From Eledone cirrhosa (lineage: Eukaryota), in NCBI GenBank assembly GCA_964016885.1, contig OZ024751.1:28086001-28150000 (forward strand): a DNA stretch of 64,000 bases, given 5' to 3'. Both the position numbers and the translations under genes were made by a program. Below the pieces are notes generated by a model. The model searched no databases. It was not told the origin of the DNA and saw nothing but the letters and a program-made list of their open reading frames with translations. Of this stretch, positions 59,872 through 64,000 are shown in pieces; position 1 is the first letter of the stretch, and every line of letters starts with the position of its first letter.

Positions 59872-61188
59872 TACATATATATATATACATCAACTAGAAA
59901 TTGATTGACATATAAATAGACATATGAAACAATCACAGGGGATAATTTGTAAAAGTGTGTAAGCACACATAGCTAGGTAGGTAACTAAATAAAGTTTAAC
60001 TAGAACTTCAAATATAGATACCTTATAATTTGATTAATCTTCCTCGTATATATTTCATTAAAGAAATATATTTCACCAATTAATCGATTGGTAAACGACA
60101 GAAGCCAGATCCTGGATTTTCAACAAGGAAGAGGTCCAGCCATCTGTGTTTACGCATCTGTGTTTACGCATCTCGGATCTACTCATTAGAATCTTGGAGC
60201 ATATTTTACGGGTGATATGGCGCATGTCTATCTGGCATGACACCCTTAATTTAATTTGATTTAATTTAATTTAATTAAATTTATCTTAATTTTGGATATA
60301 TATATATATATATGAATATCAAATTAAAACTCTCTCTCTCTCTCACACACTCACACACACACATTTATATATATATCCTAGGTTAAATAACCTCACCAAC
60401 CTGTAATTAGCCAAGCATTGTGAGTACGGCTACACCCCTAGCATGACCAAAATTAAACAGAAGCGGTGGATATCAACCAGCTAGAGGTTCCTCCAAGAGG
60501 AGTGAGAAGGTCTTGGATTGGATTGGAACTCATTTCCAGAGAGATAAGCTAACTGAGGTAGATTTAATACAGATGATGTGTGCTAGTGGACAGAACAGCT
60601 AACCATGTGGTCATGACATGAACAGAACATACAAGAGTAGAGCCAAAATGGCGACATTATAAGCTCCAGCTCTTTGAAAACTTTACACTCTCTATGGTGG
60701 TGAAGGTAAGCTCATATACACTTGAAACTCACACACAATTCACAGGCAAACACACACACACACACACGCAACACACAACACACACACACACATCATGTTC
60801 ACATGCAATTCACAGGTATACACACATACATTATCTTCACATGTAATTCACATGTACACACATTCACAGATATTATCGTCACATGCAACCCCCCCACACA
60901 CACACAACATACACACACACACACATCTTCACATGCAATTCGCAGGCACATACACACACAATATATATATATATACACAAACGCACAATTCACGCGTGTT
61001 TAGATAATCACACATACACAACTACAAACTCATACCCATACACACATATATACATATGCACATACATACATATACACATATACATACATACATACATACA
61101 TACATACATACATACAATCATACATGTATATACACATATACATACACACATACATACACACTGCCAGCTACCGCACCCAAACACTAAT

Positions 61189-61229
<41 letters not shown>

Positions 61230-61289
61230 ATTATTTAGTCGAAAAAAAGGGGGGGGGGTGAGCAAGAAATAAAATTACGCTTCAGATGA

Positions 61290-61540
61290 ATATTCCGGAA
61301 GTCAGGTGACTACCGGAAATGAATCAGAGAAGACGCGCAAGGCGATGTAGCCTAGTGAGCGGGTAAGAACCATAGTTGTTTTAGATAAAAGAGGGTTTCC
61401 GTGTGTAACATCTAACGCATTTCTTTGGTTTAACTAAGAGAATTTCGGCTGATCAACCCGAGGCGTTGTTCTCCGAATCTGTTTACATTTATCCAAGACT
61501 GGTTTAACCAGGGATGTTCCAGATAACAGGAAGTAAATTC
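61290..61540 (+). promoter_or_regulatory. unique island with clustered ETS-type motifs
   Basis: CCGGAAGT 61295, ACCGGAAAT 61312, ACAGGAAGT 61526; donor-like CGG|GTAAGA at 61363. Confidence 0.3.
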
Positions 61541-61700
61541 ATGTTATGTTTGTTTTGCGTGGATCTGCAAAGGAAGTCGAGATTTCACCGTGCAATCTCT
61601 CTCTACTGATTTAGATCGGAGTTCTTACCAAGGTACATACAAATAAGAAAGTATGTCTTTATTATTTATATATATATATATGTATGTATGTATGTGTGTG

Positions 61701-61746
<46 letters not shown>

Positions 61747-61821
61747 TGTGCGTGCGTATGGATGTGTGCATAGATGTATGCCAGTCTGGATGCATGTTAT
61801 GTATGTAAGTACATAGGTATG

Positions 61822-61942
<121 letters not shown>

Positions 61943-61995
61943 TATATATATATTTATATATATATACACACACATATATATATATATATATTAGT

Positions 61996-62028
<33 letters not shown>

Positions 62029-62044
62029 TAGTCATATCATATTA

Positions 62045-62079
<35 letters not shown>

Positions 62080-62499
62080 TATAGAGAGCCATATATGTGA
62101 GTGCTCGTGTGTGTGCGCGTTTATGTTTCTGTGTATGTGTGCGTATATTTGCGAACATGTGTGTGTGTGCGTGCGCGCGTGTGTAGATGCGTGTGTACGT
62201 ACGTGTATATTCTTTAATGGTGAAATACTGCAGCAGGTAGGAGCAGATAGTTTCTGCTCTCAACAAATATTCTCTCGGAATTTCGAGAATCAATAAAACG
62301 AGAAAATAACCAAAAAGAAGACAAGGCCCCTTTCAGAGTGACACGAAATATATTAAGAAATCTTCAACATTTTATTTGTCACCAATTACACCTCGATCGT
62401 GTTGTTACTTCAAACAATATAATATACAATGATTGTATATATATGTAAGGGGAAAAGACATCCTTCGGTCACGAATAATCATTTGCTTTGCTCCTAAAA

Positions 62500-62765
62500 A
62501 GCTCTTTTCCGAAGTACAAGTCCGGGCAAGGTTGTTTCTGGATGCCCAGCAGTTACCCATTCACATCAGTCTCTTTTCTTCATGCCACCGATGTTGTCCA
62601 AGGGAAAGGCAAAAGCTGATACAATCTTGCACCAGTGACGTCGCAACTCAACATCGCAACTCATTTTTGCAGCTCAGTTAACTGGAGCAACGTGAAATAA
62701 AGTCTTTCCCCAGAACACACCTCGATTGCAAGCCCAACGCTCTAACCACTAAGCCACACGCCTTC
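62500..62765 (-). mobile_element. tRNA-derived SINE (family 2-type head, different tail)
   Basis: Ends CCCAACGCTCTAACCACTAAGCCACACGCC; CTGGAGCAACGTGAAATAAAG block. Confidence 0.75.
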
Positions 62766-62884
62766 ACATGAATATGTATTGCATATATTTTTGCTATGTA
62801 CATATGTACGTATATAGTTAGATCTATAAACAGCGTTGTCATTATACTCCTTATATTGAAAAGGATTGTAGAATACGAATCGAA

Positions 62885-63150
62885 ACCGCATGTGGTCTGG
62901 TGGTAAGGGTGTTGGACATATGATCATAACGTCATGGGTTCGATTCCTGGGTTGCGTGTTGTGTTCTTGAGCAAAACACTTCATTTAAAGTTGCTCCAGT
63001 ATACTCAGTTGAAAATACGTACCAGTATTAGCTGGGATTTAACCCTGCGATTGACTGGTGTCCTGCCCAGGAGGGAATTTTGTTCTCTCTTCACGGAATA
63101 AGCACCGGCCAAGTGAGCCTTCTGGCTTAAAACAGACTTTAGACTTTAGA
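62885..63150 (+). mobile_element. SINE family 2, full length
   Basis: Colinear with 20918-21196; ends ACTTTAGACTTTAGA. Confidence 0.8.
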
Positions 63151-64000
63151 CCACCACACCAACCAACCACCACACCAACCGCTACACCAACCAACCACCA
63201 CACCAACCAACTACCACACCAACCAACCACCACACCAACCACCACACCAACCGCTACACCAACCAACCACCACACCAACCAACTACCACACCAACCAACC
63301 ACCACACCAACCACCACACCAACCGCTACACCAACCAACCACCACACCAACCAACTACCACACCAACCAACCACCACACCAACCACCACACCAACCGCTA
63401 CACCAACCAACCACCACACCAACCAACCACCACACCAACCAACTACCACACCAACCAACCACCACACCAACCACCACACCAACCGCTACACCAACCAACC
63501 ACCACACCAACCAACTACCACACCAACCAACCACCACACCAACCACCACACCAACCGCTACACCAACCAACCACCACACCAACCACCACACCAACCAACT
63601 ACCACACCAACCAACCACCACACCAACCACCACACCAACCGCTACACCAACCAACTACCACACCAACCAACCACCACACCAACCAACTAACACGCCAACC
63701 AACCACCACACCAACCAACCACCAAACCAACCAACTAACACGCCAACCAACCACCACACCAACCAACCACCACACCAACCACGCACCCTTCCCCAACCAA
63801 CCAACCAACCACCACACCAACCACCACACCAACCGCTACACCAACCAACCACCACACCAACCAACCACCACACCAACCACGCACCCTTCCCCAACCAACC
63901 AACCAACCAACCACCACACCAACCACCACACCAACCACCACACCAACCAACCACCACACCATCGAACCACCACACCAACCACACACCCTTCCCCAACCAC
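63151..64000. repeat. C/A-rich compound minisatellite (12- and 16-mers; 72-bp higher-order unit), running off the right edge
   Basis: CCAACCACCACA / CCAACCAACCACCACA; GCTAC marker at 63181, 63253, 63325, 63397. Confidence 0.93.

Noticed and set aside
63151-64000. Telomeric repeat
   Set aside because: No CCCTAA units; it is a CCAA/CCACA compound repeat

Overview
Eukaryotic, extremely microsatellite-rich, almost entirely non-coding DNA (large intron or intergenic), most likely from an octopus, judged from the dispersed tRNA-derived SINE families I recognise. It contains a 200-N scaffold gap. No host gene is recognisable, and nearly all ORFs in the track are translations of simple repeats. The only real protein-coding remnants are a decayed RTE-clade LINE reverse transcriptase (29.2-30.4 kb, minus) and the restriction-like endonuclease 3' end of a Dong/R4-type LINE (8.25-8.71 kb, minus). 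There are also many SINE copies, small Tc1/mariner MITEs, a Helitron and several minisatellites. The main unexplained signal is a set of short non-coding elements sitting in or next to (TA)n tracts. They carry type I hammerhead ribozyme (HHR) motifs: at least 8 unrelated sequence families and about 15 intact or decayed motifs. Many are fold-back palindromes whose apex falls at or inside the ribozyme. Two look like slightly-more-than-one-turn copies of circular units of about 540 and 649 nt. This points to a Penelope-dependent, retrozyme-like ribozyme/circular-RNA system. A few candidate small exons and regulatory islands are reported at low confidence. All structures were read by eye; nothing was computed or searched.
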